64,000 bases of DNA from an uncultured Gemmatimonadales bacterium (lineage in GTDB: Bacteria > Gemmatimonadota > Gemmatimonadetes > Gemmatimonadales > GWC2-71-9), in assembly GCA_963730185.1 (NCBI GenBank), contig CAVSQW010000006.1:64001-128000 (forward strand), read 5' to 3'. This document shows positions 39,596-52,659 of the stretch, piece after piece; within the stretch, counting starts at the first letter, position 1; each line of letters begins with the position of its first letter. Under the pieces are notes generated by a model, which ran no database searches, was not told the origin of the DNA, and saw only the letters and a program-made list of their open reading frames with translations. The translations under genes and the position numbers were made by a program.

Positions 39596-41235
39596 GCCGA
39601 GCCGGCCGCCTGGTCGGGCTGGGACTGCTCGCCGGCGGGCTGAGCGCGGCCGCCGCGGCGCAGGCGCCGAGTACCGCCAAGCTGGCTACCGGCCGGGCGG
39701 GGATGGTGGCCTCGGGGTCGATCTACGCCACCGCGGCCGGCGTTCGCGCCCTCGAAGCCGGCGGGAACGCCGTCGACGCGGCCGCCGCCGCGGCGTTCGC
39801 CCTGATGGTCGCGGACCCGGCCAACACCAGCCTCGGCGGCCGGGCCCAGATCCTGGTCCGGCTCGCGTCGGGCGAGACCGTCGCGATCGACGGCGCCACC
39901 GAGGCGCCGGCCGGCGTCCCTCCGCTGACCGGGCCGAGCGACGACCGGCTGGGCTATGCGGTCGCCGCGATGCCCGGAGCGCCCGCCGCCCTGGACCGGA
40001 TCGTCCGTCGGTACGGCAAGCGGTCGCTCGCCCAGGCACTCCAGCCGGCGATCGAGCTGGCCGAGCGCGGCTACCCGGTCCCCGAACGGCTGGCCGGCAC
40101 CTGGGCCCGGGTCAGAGACCAGCTGGCTCGGAGCGAAGGCGCCGCCGCCAACTTCCTCAAGCCCGACGGCTCCACCTGGAAAGCGGGTGAGCGGTTCCGC
40201 CAGCCGGTGCTCGCCCGGCTGCTCCGGCGTCTGGCCGACTCCGGCGTGGCGGTGCTCTACCAGGGAGCCGTGGCCGAGACGATCGCCCGCGACATGGCCA
40301 GCCACGGCGGCTTCGTCACCGCGGCCGACCTGGCCGGCTACCGGGCGCAGGACGGGACGATCGTCCCCACCGACTACCGCGGCTTCGAGGTGGCCTCGGC
40401 CGGCGGGCGCGCCTGGGGCAACACCCTGGGCGAGATGCTCGGCATCCTCTCCCACTTCGAGCTCCGGAAGGGCCCGCCCGATGCCCGCGAGGTGGAGCTC
40501 CTGGCCCGGATCATCGCCCAATCGCTCGACGACCGGCCCCAGCAGCTCGGCACCCTGAAGCCCAAAGCGGACGGCCTCCCGCTGAACACCCTCTCCTCGC
40601 CCGCCTTTGCGGCCGAGCGGGCCGAGCGGATCCGTGCGGCGTTAGGCGGGGCTCCCCCGCCCGGCGGCGCCGCCCCCGACCACGAGGGCGACACCAGCCA
40701 CCTCTCGGTGATGGACGCCGAGGGCAACGCGGTGGCGCTGACGATGTCGATCGGCCCCTCGTTCGGCACCCGGGTCTCCACTCCCGAGCTGGGCTTCATG
40801 TACGCCTACAGCTACCGGATGCGGTCCGACCCCACCCCCCACGCCCGCGACCTGACCGAGATGACCCCCACCATCGTCTCCCGGAACGGCCGGCCGGTGC
40901 TCACCATCGGCGGGGCGGGCAGCGAGCGGATCCCGTCGGCCATCATGCTGGTGGCCAGCAACGTGATCGACCGCGGCTGGTCGCTGGAGCGGGCGATGGC
41001 GGCGCCCCGGTTGGCGGCCGTGGGCCGCCTGGTCCGGCTCCATCCCGAGTTCCCCGAGGCCGTTCGGCGGACCCTTCGGGCCCGGGGCTTCACGGTGGAG
41101 ACCATCCACCACGGCGACGCCCGGCACGCCGGACTGGTTCACGCCGTGGCGTACGACCCCGCCACCGGCCGGTTCACCGGCGCCGCCGATCGGGACGACA
41201 GCGGCAGCGCGGCCGGCCCCGCCCCGAGGCGCTGA
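39592..41235 (+). CDS. Gamma-glutamyltransferase family (Ntn hydrolase), atypical pocket
   Basis: GGNAVDAA, SLGG, LQPAIELAERG, EGD/TSHLSVMDAEGNAV processing site, GAADRD; GTG overlaps the peptidase stop. Confidence 0.88.
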   Translation: MSRAGRLVGLGLLAGGLSAAAAAQAPSTAKLATGRAGMVASGSIYATAAGVRALEAGGNAVDAAAAAAFALMVADPANTSLGGRAQILVRLASGETVAIDGATEAPAGVPPLTGPSDDRLGYAVAAMPGAPAALDRIVRRYGKRSLAQALQPAIELAERGYPVPERLAGTWARVRDQLARSEGAAANFLKPDGSTWKAGERFRQPVLARLLRRLADSGVAVLYQGAVAETIARDMASHGGFVTAADLAGYRAQDGTIVPTDYRGFEVASAGGRAWGNTLGEMLGILSHFELRKGPPDAREVELLARIIAQSLDDRPQQLGTLKPKADGLPLNTLSSPAFAAERAERIRAALGGAPPPGGAAPDHEGDTSHLSVMDAEGNAVALTMSIGPSFGTRVSTPELGFMYAYSYRMRSDPTPHARDLTEMTPTIVSRNGRPVLTIGGAGSERIPSAIMLVASNVIDRGWSLERAMAAPRLAAVGRLVRLHPEFPEAVRRTLRARGFTVETIHHGDARHAGLVHAVAYDPATGRFTGAADRDDSGSAAGPAPRR

Positions 41236-41240
41236 TCGTC

Positions 41241-42278
41241 ATGCGAATCGCCGTCACCTTCGACACGCCCTACCCGAAGTACACGCCGGAGGATCACCGC
41301 CGGCAAATGGAGCAGGAGCTCGCGGCCGCCGGCCCGGACGAGCCGGAGATGGAGTACCAGGTGGCCGGGGCCTTGGTCCAGAACGGCCACGAGGTGCTGG
41401 TTCTCGGCGTCCACGGCGACCCCCGGGTCCTCCTCGACCAGTGCGCCGAGTGGAAGCCCGAGCTGGTGATGAACTGCGCCGAGTCGTTCGGCGGCGACAT
41501 CTCGCTGGACCACCTCTTCCCGACCCTGCTCGAGGCGGCCGGGATTCCCTACACCGGCTCGGCGCCGCTCGCGCTCCAGGTCACCCGCGACAAGGCGATG
41601 AGCAAGAAGATCCTCGCCTACCACGGGATCAACGTTCCGGCGTTCCAGACCTACCGGACCCGGGAGCAGGTCACCGCCGATCCGGCGGTCGGCTATCCGG
41701 CCATCGTCAAACCACTCGCGACCGACGCCTCGGCCGGGATCTCGCAGGCCTCCGTGGTGGAGGATCTGGAGGCGCTGGCGGAGCGGGTGGCGTTCGTCCA
41801 CGAGCGGTTTCACCAGCCGGCCATCGTCGAACAGTTCATCACCGGACGGGAGCTCTACGCCGGGGTCCTGGGCAACGACGAGCGGCTCCAGGTCCTCCCG
41901 CTCACCGAGCTGGTGTTCGACAAGGATAAGACCGAGCCCGAGCAGCGGATCGCCACCCAGTCGGCCAAGTGGGTGGAGGGCTACCGGAAACGGAAGGGCA
42001 TCCGGAACGTGTTCGCCCGGCCGGTCTCGGCCGTAGCCAAGGAGAAGATCGAGTCGATCTGCCGGACCGCCGTCAAGGCGCTCTGGCTCCGGGACTATGC
42101 CCGGATCGACCTCCGGCTCACCCCGGACGACGAGGTGTGGGTGCTCGAGGCGAACGCCAACCCGTTCATCAGCAAGGGCCACGAGATGGCGAACGCGGCC
42201 AGCAAGGTGGACCTGGACTACCCAGCCTTCATTCAACGGATCGTCTACGAGGCGATGGCCCGCCACCAGCGAGCCTAG
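41241..42278 (+). CDS. D-alanine--D-alanine ligase-like ATP-grasp protein
   Basis: GIPYTGS, DKAMSK, YPAIVKP, ASAGI, VEQFITGRE, YARIDLR, LEANANP; lacks the canonical Ddl N-terminal GGxSxE motif. Confidence 0.85.
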   Translation: MRIAVTFDTPYPKYTPEDHRRQMEQELAAAGPDEPEMEYQVAGALVQNGHEVLVLGVHGDPRVLLDQCAEWKPELVMNCAESFGGDISLDHLFPTLLEAAGIPYTGSAPLALQVTRDKAMSKKILAYHGINVPAFQTYRTREQVTADPAVGYPAIVKPLATDASAGISQASVVEDLEALAERVAFVHERFHQPAIVEQFITGRELYAGVLGNDERLQVLPLTELVFDKDKTEPEQRIATQSAKWVEGYRKRKGIRNVFARPVSAVAKEKIESICRTAVKALWLRDYARIDLRLTPDDEVWVLEANANPFISKGHEMANAASKVDLDYPAFIQRIVYEAMARHQRA

Positions 42279-42321
42279 CCGATGCTGGCCACCCTGGTCG
42301 GGGGCCCCACCCTGGTGATCG

Positions 42322-42723
42322 TCAGGCGGATCCGGGCGGCTCCGCTCGGAAATAGCGCGTCGCCGAGGGCCGGAAGAGCAGGTAGGTGACGGGAATGAAG
42401 ATGGCCAGGTGAGTCAGGACCTCGCCCACCGAGTGCTGGACGCTCACCCCCACGTGCACCAACATCCACCCGGCAAGCAGCCAGCGAGCCCAGTTCCGAC
42501 CCCGCGCCAGCCAGACACCACCGACGATGGCCAGGGCCCGTAACCCCCAAGCGGGCCCCAAGTCGGCCCAGCCGTCGGCCCGGAGCTTCGCGAGCTGCTC
42601 GGCCGCATGGGAAGTCACCAGCGGCCAGAGATCGGTGAGCAGGCCCAGGGCGCCGGCCACGATGAAAAGCGCGGCGACCAAGGTGATGGCAAGCGGCCGA
42701 TGGCGCGAACCAAGCGGAGGCAT
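42322..42723 (-). CDS. Small four-TM membrane protein
   Basis: RPLAITLVA..., GRNWARWL, LFRPSATRYF. Confidence 0.7.
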   Translation of the reverse strand: MPPLGSRHRPLAITLVAALFIVAGALGLLTDLWPLVTSHAAEQLAKLRADGWADLGPAWGLRALAIVGGVWLARGRNWARWLLAGWMLVHVGVSVQHSVGEVLTHLAIFIPVTYLLFRPSATRYFRAEPPGSA

Positions 42724-42732
42724 CGGCGTCCC

Positions 42733-44582
<1,850 letters not shown>

Positions 44583-44586
<4 letters not shown>

Positions 44587-45686
44587 TGGCAGGAGCTCGG
44601 CGTCTCCGGCCTCACGCCCGGCACCGGGGCGCCCACGCCGGCCGCGTAGTGTCCGACCTCGAGCACCGACTCGACCGTGAGCGTGGGAATGCAGATGGCC
44701 ACCAGGGTGCCGTTCCCGGTCGGCCTCATCCCCTCGTGATCGTGCGCTCCGCCCGACTGGAACCGGTTGCTCACCCAAACGAACCGACCGTCCGGCGAGA
44801 GCGCCAGCCCGTGCGGCTGGCTCAGGCCCGGATCCTGGATCGTCTTGATCACCTTCCAGCCCGAGGTGTCGAGGACGTCGACCTCGTTGGCGGCGAGGTT
44901 GGTCACGAAGACGAGCTTGCCGTCGTGGGAGAAGATCGACTCGAACGGCCCTCCGCCCAGGTCGACCATCTTGGTCAACGTCGGCGTGGCCGGATCGGCC
45001 AGGTCGAACACCATCAGCTGGCCGGTGGTCTGCGCCGTCACCGACAGCCACCGCGCGTCCGGTGAGACGGCCAGCTGGGTGAAGGTGTGGGGCGGCCCGT
45101 CCACGTCCACCAGCTTGATCTCGCCGTCCTTGATCCGGATGCTGGCCAGCTGGTTCGCCCCGAGGCTCGCCACGTACACGTAGTCGCCCCGGGGACTGAT
45201 GACGTTGCCGTGCGGCCGGGGGAAGAAGGTGTCGTACTCGTCGAGGAGCTTCATGTCCGACCGGCGGACCAGGGCAATCCGCTTGGGCGGGTTCACGGCG
45301 CTCATCGACTTGGCGACCATCATGAGGTCGTCGGTCGGGCTGAGCGAGATCAACCCCGGCACCTCCAGATCCACCGAGCCGACGATCTTGTCGTTCCGGT
45401 CGAACTTGAGGAGCTTGCCGGCCCCGATCAGGGTCAGGTACCAGTAGCGCCCATCGGGCTCGACCTGGACGTGGTGCGGCTTGGCGTTGGGTCCGAAGCC
45501 CATGGTCTTCAGGTCGATCGTCTTGATCACCTTGCGACCGGCCAGGTCGACCACCGACACGGTGGCATCGTCCTGGTTGGTGACGTAGAGCCTGGTCCCG
45601 ACCTTGCCCTTCTGGGCCTGGGCGCCGCCGGCCACGAGCCCGGCCAGCAGCAGGGCGCCGAGGCCGGCGCGGATCCACCTCTTCAT
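44583..45686 (-). CDS. YncE/YVTN-type beta-propeller, secreted, His-rich
   Basis: LYVTNQ..VSVVD, KPHHV, RPHGN, PPHTF, QPHGLALSPDG, AHDHEGM. Confidence 0.85.
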
Positions 45687-45756
45687 TTCGGTCCGTTCCT
45701 TCCTGTCGATCGCGGCCCGGTCAGGGAATCGGACGCATGGTCCATCCGGCCGCGCC

Positions 45757-48483
45757 TCAGCGCTCGTCGGCCGGCCGGGTCAACACTTCGCGCACCTTGA
45801 TGAGGAGGCTGGCGGGCGTGAACGGCTTGGGGAGGAAGCTGGCCGATATGGCGATCACCCCGTGACGCCCGATGGTGTGGCCCGCGTAGCCCGAGACGAA
45901 GAGATAGCGGGCCTCGGGGAATCGGGCGGCGAATGCGTCGGCCACCCTCCCGCCGCTCGCCCCCGGCATCACCACGTCGCTCACCAGAAGATCGATCGGC
46001 TCGGCCAGCTCCGGCAGAAGCGCCAGTGCCGCCGGCCCGCCGGCCGCGGTGATGACCTCGTAACCCGCCGCCTCGAGCGCTCGCTCAGCCAGCGCCCGCA
46101 CCTCCGGATCGTCCTCCACCAGCAAGATCCGCCCGGTCCCCGTCGGCCCGGGCGCCTCGGCGGCCGGGCCGGACACGGGCGCGGCGGTCCCCTCCCCGTA
46201 GGGGAACGAGAGCACGAACGCCGAGCCCTTGCCTGGCCGACTGGCAACCCGGATCGAGCCGCCGCTCTGCTTCACGATCCCGTAGACGGTCGCCAACCCA
46301 AGCCCGGTGCCGGAGCCCGTCTCCTTGGTGGTGAAGAACGGCTCGAAGACGTGCTCCAGCATCTCCTCGGACATGCCCTCGCCGGTGTCGGTCACGGTCA
46401 GCCGGACGTACCGGCCCGGGCCGAGCAGGGGATCGATGTCGGTCCCCGCCACCAGCACCGTGGTGTTCTCGGTCCGGACCGTGAGCCGTCCCCCGCGCGG
46501 CATCGCGTCCCGGGCATTGAGGGCCAGGTTCATCACCACCTGCTCCAGCTGCGAGTGGTCGGCGACGACCGGCCAGAGATCGTCGGCCAGGTCGGTGACC
46601 AACTCGAGGTCTTCGCCCAGGAGCCGGCGCAGGAGTCGCTCCATCCCGATCACCAGCTGATTCAGCTCGAGCTGGACGGGCGCCATCGTCTGCCGCCGTC
46701 CGAAGGCGAGGAGCTGCGCCGTGAGCTCCTTGGCCCGGTTGCCGGCTTTCACGATTTCGCCGAGGTCGGCCTCCGCGTCGGCGTTGCCGGTCAGCTGGTC
46801 GCCGAGGAGCTCGGCGTAGCCGAGGATCGCGGTCAGCAGGTTGTTGAAGTCGTGCGCCACGCCGCCCGCCAGCCGCCCGATGCTCTCCAGCCGCTGCGCC
46901 CGCCAGGCTTGAGCCTCGAGCTGGCGGGCCTCGGTGACGTCCTGTCCGATGGCGATCCGGCGCCCGTCGGAGAGCTGCACCGCGGCCCACCGCATCTCGA
47001 GCAGTCGCCCGGAGCGGGTCTGCACCCGGAACTCGTGCCAGGTGCGTTCGGCCAGCCGCAGGAAGTCGCGGACCGCCTCGCGCTCGACCGGATCGGGAAA
47101 GAAGGCCGACAGGGGCCGCTCCACGGCGCGCACCTCGTCGAGGGTCCAGCCCAGGACCCGCTCGAACTCCCGGTTGATCAGCTCGACCCGCCCCGCCCGA
47201 TCGAGCACCTCCACCACCACCGGGATCTGGTCGACCACGGTCTGGAGCAGCTCCGCCTGAATCCGGAGCCTAGCCTCGGCATCGTGGCTCCGGGTTATGT
47301 CCCTCGTGATCCCCAGGAGCAGCGTGGTGCCCCGCTCCTCGTCCCGGAACGGCACCGCCACCGTCTCCAGCCATCGCGGCGTGCCCCGGGCACCCACGAT
47401 CCGGAACACCAGCTCGCCCCGCTCGCCGACCATCACCCGACGGTGCAGGTCGGCGAACCGGGGTCGGTCCTCCTCGACGATGAACCGGGCGAGATCGCCG
47501 GCCTCGGTGACGGCGTCGATCTCCAGCATGGCCAGGCCCGCCGGGTTCATCTCGACCAGCCGCCCCTTGGCGTCGACCAGCTTGACGCACTGCGGCTCGG
47601 TGTCCACGATGGTCCGGAGCCGGGCCTCACGGGCCCGAAGCGAGTCCTCCGCCTGCCGCTGGTCGGTGACGTCGGCCACCAAGGCCATCGCTCCCGTGAA
47701 CCCACCGTCGGACCCGACCAGCGGATTGGCCACCAGCCGAGCCCAGAGGTCGGTCCCGTCCTTGCGCCGGTAGCGGAAGTCGTACTGGTCGCCGAATCCG
47801 GCCCGCCGCCGGGCCAGGTTGCGGACCGCGACGGCCCGCGCCTCGTCGTCCATGAAGTCGTACATCGACGCCCGGGCCAGCTCCTCGGGCGTCACCCGAA
47901 GCATCGTGGCCATGGCCGGATTGGCGAAGATCGTCCGGCCGTCGGGGTCGATGGCCCAGATCCCCTCCTGCGCCGTCTCCACGATGCGCCGATACTGCTC
48001 GTCCTTCTCCCGGAGCGCCGCCTCGGTGCGACGCCGCTCGGTGATGTCGAGCACCAGCGCCGCCACGTGCCCAAGCCCGATTGGAACCAGCCGAGCCTCG
48101 TAATGAGCCGGTCCGCCCGGCACCTCGAGCTCGTACTCGACCATCACCACCGAGTCGCCCTGCCGGGCCGCGGCGATTCCCACCCGTAGGCGCTCGGCGA
48201 CGTCGGCCGGCAGGACCGCATCAAAGCGTCGGCCCAGAAAGCTGGCCGGCGGCAGGAACAGGGGGGCACCGTGGCCGGCCCGAAACGCCAGGATCCGGTC
48301 GTCCGGCGCAACCAAGAAGATCAGGTTGGGGAACGCGTCGAGGACCGAACCCAGCTCCCGCTCCAGCAGGCCGCTCGCTTCTACCTGAAAGAAGCGGCCA
48401 GCCAGCTGGGCCCGGAGCCGCTCGTTCTCGGCCGCCAGCGCCGCCAGCCTGACGGCTTGATCCGCCGTCGATTCGTGATCCAC
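45757..48483 (-). CDS. Cytoplasmic multi-PAS hybrid histidine kinase with receiver domain
   Basis: Four PAS-like segments; GGVAHDFNNLL, NARDAM, FEPFFTTK, GTGLGL, LLVSDVVMP. Confidence 0.93.
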   Translation of the reverse strand: MDHESTADQAVRLAALAAENERLRAQLAGRFFQVEASGLLERELGSVLDAFPNLIFLVAPDDRILAFRAGHGAPLFLPPASFLGRRFDAVLPADVAERLRVGIAAARQGDSVVMVEYELEVPGGPAHYEARLVPIGLGHVAALVLDITERRRTEAALREKDEQYRRIVETAQEGIWAIDPDGRTIFANPAMATMLRVTPEELARASMYDFMDDEARAVAVRNLARRRAGFGDQYDFRYRRKDGTDLWARLVANPLVGSDGGFTGAMALVADVTDQRQAEDSLRAREARLRTIVDTEPQCVKLVDAKGRLVEMNPAGLAMLEIDAVTEAGDLARFIVEEDRPRFADLHRRVMVGERGELVFRIVGARGTPRWLETVAVPFRDEERGTTLLLGITRDITRSHDAEARLRIQAELLQTVVDQIPVVVEVLDRAGRVELINREFERVLGWTLDEVRAVERPLSAFFPDPVEREAVRDFLRLAERTWHEFRVQTRSGRLLEMRWAAVQLSDGRRIAIGQDVTEARQLEAQAWRAQRLESIGRLAGGVAHDFNNLLTAILGYAELLGDQLTGNADAEADLGEIVKAGNRAKELTAQLLAFGRRQTMAPVQLELNQLVIGMERLLRRLLGEDLELVTDLADDLWPVVADHSQLEQVVMNLALNARDAMPRGGRLTVRTENTTVLVAGTDIDPLLGPGRYVRLTVTDTGEGMSEEMLEHVFEPFFTTKETGSGTGLGLATVYGIVKQSGGSIRVASRPGKGSAFVLSFPYGEGTAAPVSGPAAEAPGPTGTGRILLVEDDPEVRALAERALEAAGYEVITAAGGPAALALLPELAEPIDLLVSDVVMPGASGGRVADAFAARFPEARYLFVSGYAGHTIGRHGVIAISASFLPKPFTPASLLIKVREVLTRPADER

Positions 48484-48598
48484 CCTGGGCCCTCCGGAAG
48501 GTCGGTGTACCGGCAGGTTGAATCTAGCGCCGACCCGGCGGGGACGGGCCTTCCAACCGGCCCGACACCCGGAGCCCGGGGGCGGCTAGATTGAACGG

Positions 48599-50053
48599 GT
48601 GCGACTGCTCGTGATCCTCCGGTACCTGATCCCGCTCACGCTCTCGTTCCTCCGGGACCGCAAGCGCTGGATCTGGTTCGGCCGTCCCCTGGTCCGCTCC
48701 AGCGACTTCCACCAGGTCCGGGCCGACCGGCTGCTCGGCGCCATCGCCCGACTCGGCCCCAGCTTCGTGAAGATCGGGCAGATGTTCGCCGGACGGGCCG
48801 ACCTCATTCCCGAGCCCTACGCCCAGCGCCTGACCGCGCTGACCGATCAGGTGCCGCCCGTCCCCCTGGCCGACATCCGCCGGACCATCGAGGGATCCCT
48901 GGGTCGGCCGGTCGATCAGATCTTCCAGCACTTCGACCCGACCCCACTGGCCGCCGGATCGCTCGGCCAGGTCCACCGAGCCACCCACGCGGGCCGCGAC
49001 GTGGCCGTCAAGGTGCTCCGGCCGGGCGTCCACGAGCTGGTGGCCGAGGACGTCGCGGCCGCCGGGCGAATCCTCCGAGTGCTGGTTCGCTTCGTCGACA
49101 ACCCGCACACCCGCGGATTCCAGAGCGTCGTGGACGAGTTCGCGGTCCGGGTCGGCGACGAGATGGACTTCCGGATCGAGGCCGACAACGCCCGGGCGGT
49201 CCGGGCCAACTTCGCCGGCAATCCGCGGATCCGGGTGCCGGAGATCGTCGACGAGCTGAGCACCGACCGGGTCTTGGTGCTGGAGTACGTCACCGGCATC
49301 CGGATCGACGCCATCGCCCCGGGCCAGTACGTGGGTGGGCTCGCGGCGGCCCAGGTGGTCGACCGGCTGATCGAGGTCTACATCCAGATGATGCTGATCG
49401 ACGGGTTCTTCCACGCCGATCCGCATCCCGGCAACCTCCTGGTGGGCGCCGACGGCGCGCTGGTGCTGCTCGACTTCGGGGTGGTGATCCGGGTCACCCG
49501 CGAGCGGCGGAAGACGCTCATCGATACCGTGTTCGCCGCGGTCCAGGGCAAGGCCGACGGCGTGGTCGACGGCTTCTACGGGCTGGGGATGGTGGAGCCG
49601 GGGGTCGAGCGGGAGCGAACTCGCCGGCTGGTGAACCTGTTGCTCGACCTCGGACGGACCCGGACCACGGCCAAGGACCGGGTCGAGCTCCTGACCCAGC
49701 AGATCATGGACGAGATCGCCAACTGGCCGATCGTGCTGCCCAGCGATCTGGTCTACTTCGCCCGGACCGCGGCCCTGATCGAGGGCATCGGCCTCAAGTA
49801 CGATCCCGCCTTCAACCCGATCCTCGACGCCGGGCCCGTCCTCTTCCGGATGCGGTCCAAGCTGTTGGCCGCGTTCTCGGAGATCCGGGTGCTCGACCAG
49901 CTCGACTGGCCCACCGCGATCGGCTACTTCCTCGGCAAGGCGACCGCGATCGTCCGGAAGGCGGGCGAGAGCCTGGCCGGCTACCTCGCCAGCTGGACCT
50001 CGACCACCCCGACCGACGAGATCACGAGCCGAAAATCGTTGCCAGGCGGGTGA
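48599..50053 (+). CDS. ABC1/UbiB (AarF) atypical kinase family protein
   Basis: LGPSFVKIGQ, PLAAGSLGQVHRA, VAVKVLRPG, FFHADPHPGN, LLDFG. Confidence 0.92.
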   Translation: MRLLVILRYLIPLTLSFLRDRKRWIWFGRPLVRSSDFHQVRADRLLGAIARLGPSFVKIGQMFAGRADLIPEPYAQRLTALTDQVPPVPLADIRRTIEGSLGRPVDQIFQHFDPTPLAAGSLGQVHRATHAGRDVAVKVLRPGVHELVAEDVAAAGRILRVLVRFVDNPHTRGFQSVVDEFAVRVGDEMDFRIEADNARAVRANFAGNPRIRVPEIVDELSTDRVLVLEYVTGIRIDAIAPGQYVGGLAAAQVVDRLIEVYIQMMLIDGFFHADPHPGNLLVGADGALVLLDFGVVIRVTRERRKTLIDTVFAAVQGKADGVVDGFYGLGMVEPGVERERTRRLVNLLLDLGRTRTTAKDRVELLTQQIMDEIANWPIVLPSDLVYFARTAALIEGIGLKYDPAFNPILDAGPVLFRMRSKLLAAFSEIRVLDQLDWPTAIGYFLGKATAIVRKAGESLAGYLASWTSTTPTDEITSRKSLPGG

Positions 50054-52617
50054 GCGCGTCCGCGAGGTCGGGCGCCTCCTCCAGCACCGGGCGCACGGGA
50101 TCGGCCCCCATCGACTCCATCCTGGCCCGCGCGGTCTTGATCGTGAAGGTGAACCGGAGCCGGTCCAGCTGGTCGTTCACTTCGTCCCAGACCAGCGGCA
50201 TCGAGACGGTGGCCCCCTCGAGCGGCCGGACGCTGAAGGGCGACACGATCAGCTGCCCGTGCCGGTTCTGGAGGTAGTCGAGGTACACCTTGTCGCCCCG
50301 CTTCGAGATATGCCGGGTGATGGTGGCGATGTCGTGGTGATCCTTGAGCACCAGCCGCGCCAGCAGCTCGCCCAGCGTCCGTGACTGCTCGTAGGTGCAC
50401 CGGCGCCCCAGCGGGATCAGGATGTGGAGGCCGGTCTTTCCCGTGGTCTTGACGTAATTGGGGAGACCGGCCTCGTCGCAGATCCGGTGCAGGGTGCGCG
50501 CCACCGTCACCACGTCGGCGAACGGAGCCTCCTTCGGGTCGAGATCGACCACGCACCAGTCCGGCAGCTCGAGCGACCCGATCCGACTCATCCAGATGTG
50601 CAGCGGAATCGTCCCCGAATTGGCGAGATAGAGCAGCGACTCCACGTCGTCAGCGACGAAGTACCGGATGTTCCGCTGCGTGTCCTCGCTCCAGATCGGC
50701 TCGGTCCGGATCCACTCCGGCGCGAACTCCGGCGCGTCCTTCTGGTAGAACGACTTGCCGTCGATCCCATCCGGGTAGCGGGTGAGCACCACCGGGCGAT
50801 TCTTGAGATAGGGGAGGATCCAGGGCCCGATTTCGCGATAGTAGTCGATCAGGTCGCCCTTGGTGTACTGCTCCTTGGGCCAGAAGATCTTCTTCAGGTT
50901 CGAGAACGCGACCGTCTTCGGGACCTCGCGCCCCTCCGGCGGGTCGGGACGGGCGGGCGCCTTGGCCTCGTCCGGCGGGTCGTCGGGCAGGAATCCCTGC
51001 CGGTCGCAGTCCTCCGGCCGCTTGTCGTCCCGGAGCCGGAGAAAGGCCGGGTGACGGAGCACGCCATCCGGGGTCCACTCCCGAAACCGCACCTCGCACA
51101 CCAGCCTCGGCTCGACCCAGGTGGTGGTCCGGGTCTCGGGAATGGCGTCGGACGGCGGTGGCTCCTGGTCCGGCGTGGCCACCGGGCCCAGACAGGGCGC
51201 CGTCGGCCTCACGTCCTTGTCGAGCGCCGCCCGCAGCTCGGTCAGCAGCCGGTCGTCGAACCCGGTCCCGGCCCGGCCGGCGTAGACCAGCTGACCGTTC
51301 ACCCGATCGGCCAGCTGCAACGCGCCGAACCCGGCCCGGCCGCCCTTCGGCTCGGTGAAGCCCACGATCACGAAGTCGCCGGTCCGGTCCGCCTTGATCT
51401 TGAGCCACTGGCCGCTCCGCCCGCCGCGGTACGGGGCGTCGGCCTTCTTGGCCACGACCCCCTCGAGCCCCAGCGAGGTCACCTGCTGGAGGAACGCCTC
51501 CCCCACCTCGTCGATGTGGTCGAGGTAACGCACCGGCCCGAGCGGCGGCAGCACCATGCGGAGCAGGCGCTTGCGCTCCACCAGGGGGAGCGGCCTGAGA
51601 TCGAAGTCCTCGAAGCCCACGAGGTCGAACGCGAAGTACGTGGCCGGTAGCTCGATCGCCGCCCGCTTGATGTCGATCGGCCGGCTGATCCGCCCCCGCC
51701 GCTGGAGCAGCGCGAAGCTCGGCTTGCCCGACGGATCCAGCACCACCACCTCGCCGTCGAGGAGCAGCCGGTCCACGGGCAGGGCCCGGACCGCCCGGGC
51801 CACCTCGGGAAAGACCTCGGTGTAGTCGTTCCCGTTCCGGGTGACCAGCCTGGCCTCGCCCTTCCGGTGCTCGGCCACCATTCGGTAGCCGTCCAGTTTG
51901 AGCTCGAAAAGCCAGCCGGGTTTGGTGAAGGCGCCGTCGCGAGTCTCGGCCAGCATCACCTCCACTGAGCCGGCCTCGAGCTGGGCCCGGGGCACGTCGA
52001 GCTTCTCGATCTCCCGGCGGAGCAGATCGGCCGGGGTCCGCCCCGCCTTCCAGTCCTCGACCGTCAGCCCCGAGAGCACCGACTCGTTGGGGAACTGGTC
52101 GCCGGGCTGCTTGACGTACTGGTCCCGCTCTTTGATCAGGAGCCAGTCGCGCTCGCTCTTCTTGATCTTCACCAGCGTCCAGCGGCCGTGGAGCTTGTAG
52201 CCCTTGAGGTCGAACAGGAGCTTGCCCTTCTCGAGCCCGGCCTTCGGGTCCTCGATCGGCACCCACTCGCCCCGGTCCCACACCACCACCGCGCCGGCGC
52301 CGTAGTTGCCCTCGGGGATCATCCCCTCGAAGTCGCCGTACTCGAGCGGATGGTCCTCGACCTTCACCGCCAGCCGCTTGTCGGCCGGGTCGTAGCGACG
52401 GGCCCTTCGGCACCGCCCACGACCGGAGCACTCCGTCCATCTCCAGTCGGAGGTCGAAATGGAGATTGCGGGCCGCGTGCATGTGGACCACGAAGAGCCC
52501 GCCCGGCTTGGCCGCCGGGGTCGCGTCGCCGCCGAAAGGCTCCGGGGTACGATCGGTGGAGCGCTTGGCGCGGTAGGCGGCGAGATGGTCGTCAGGCGGC
52601 GGCGTCTGATCGGCCAC
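50022..52617 (-). CDS. ligD: NHEJ DNA ligase D (phosphoesterase-ligase-polymerase); one extra base near 52395
   Basis: [86 protein letters not shown]. Confidence 0.95.
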
Positions 52618-52659
52618 GGCTGGAGACGGCGGGAGACGGAAAGAGACGAAGGGGGCCGA

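Noticed and set aside
41241..42278. Canonical ddl or van-type ligase gene symbol
   Set aside because: Lacks the Ddl N-terminal motif and has no cell-wall or van context; left as Ddl-like ATP-grasp
45688..45699. 12-bp match (TCGGTCCGTTCC) to the core of the 37-bp cupredoxin motif just upstream of the YncE-like gene
   Set aside because: Opposite orientation relative to the gene, coincides with the SD region, and the flanks do not match; could be chance
45604..48189. Long antisense ORFs (861 aa here; also 42607..44649, 34138..35937, 37748..39580 and others)
   Set aside because: Shadow frames of real high-GC genes, with no recognisable motifs
52380..52410. Programmed frameshifting in ligD (also considered for recQ and the dioxygenase)
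   Set aside because: No slippery heptamer or stimulatory structure seen; each is explained by a single-base error
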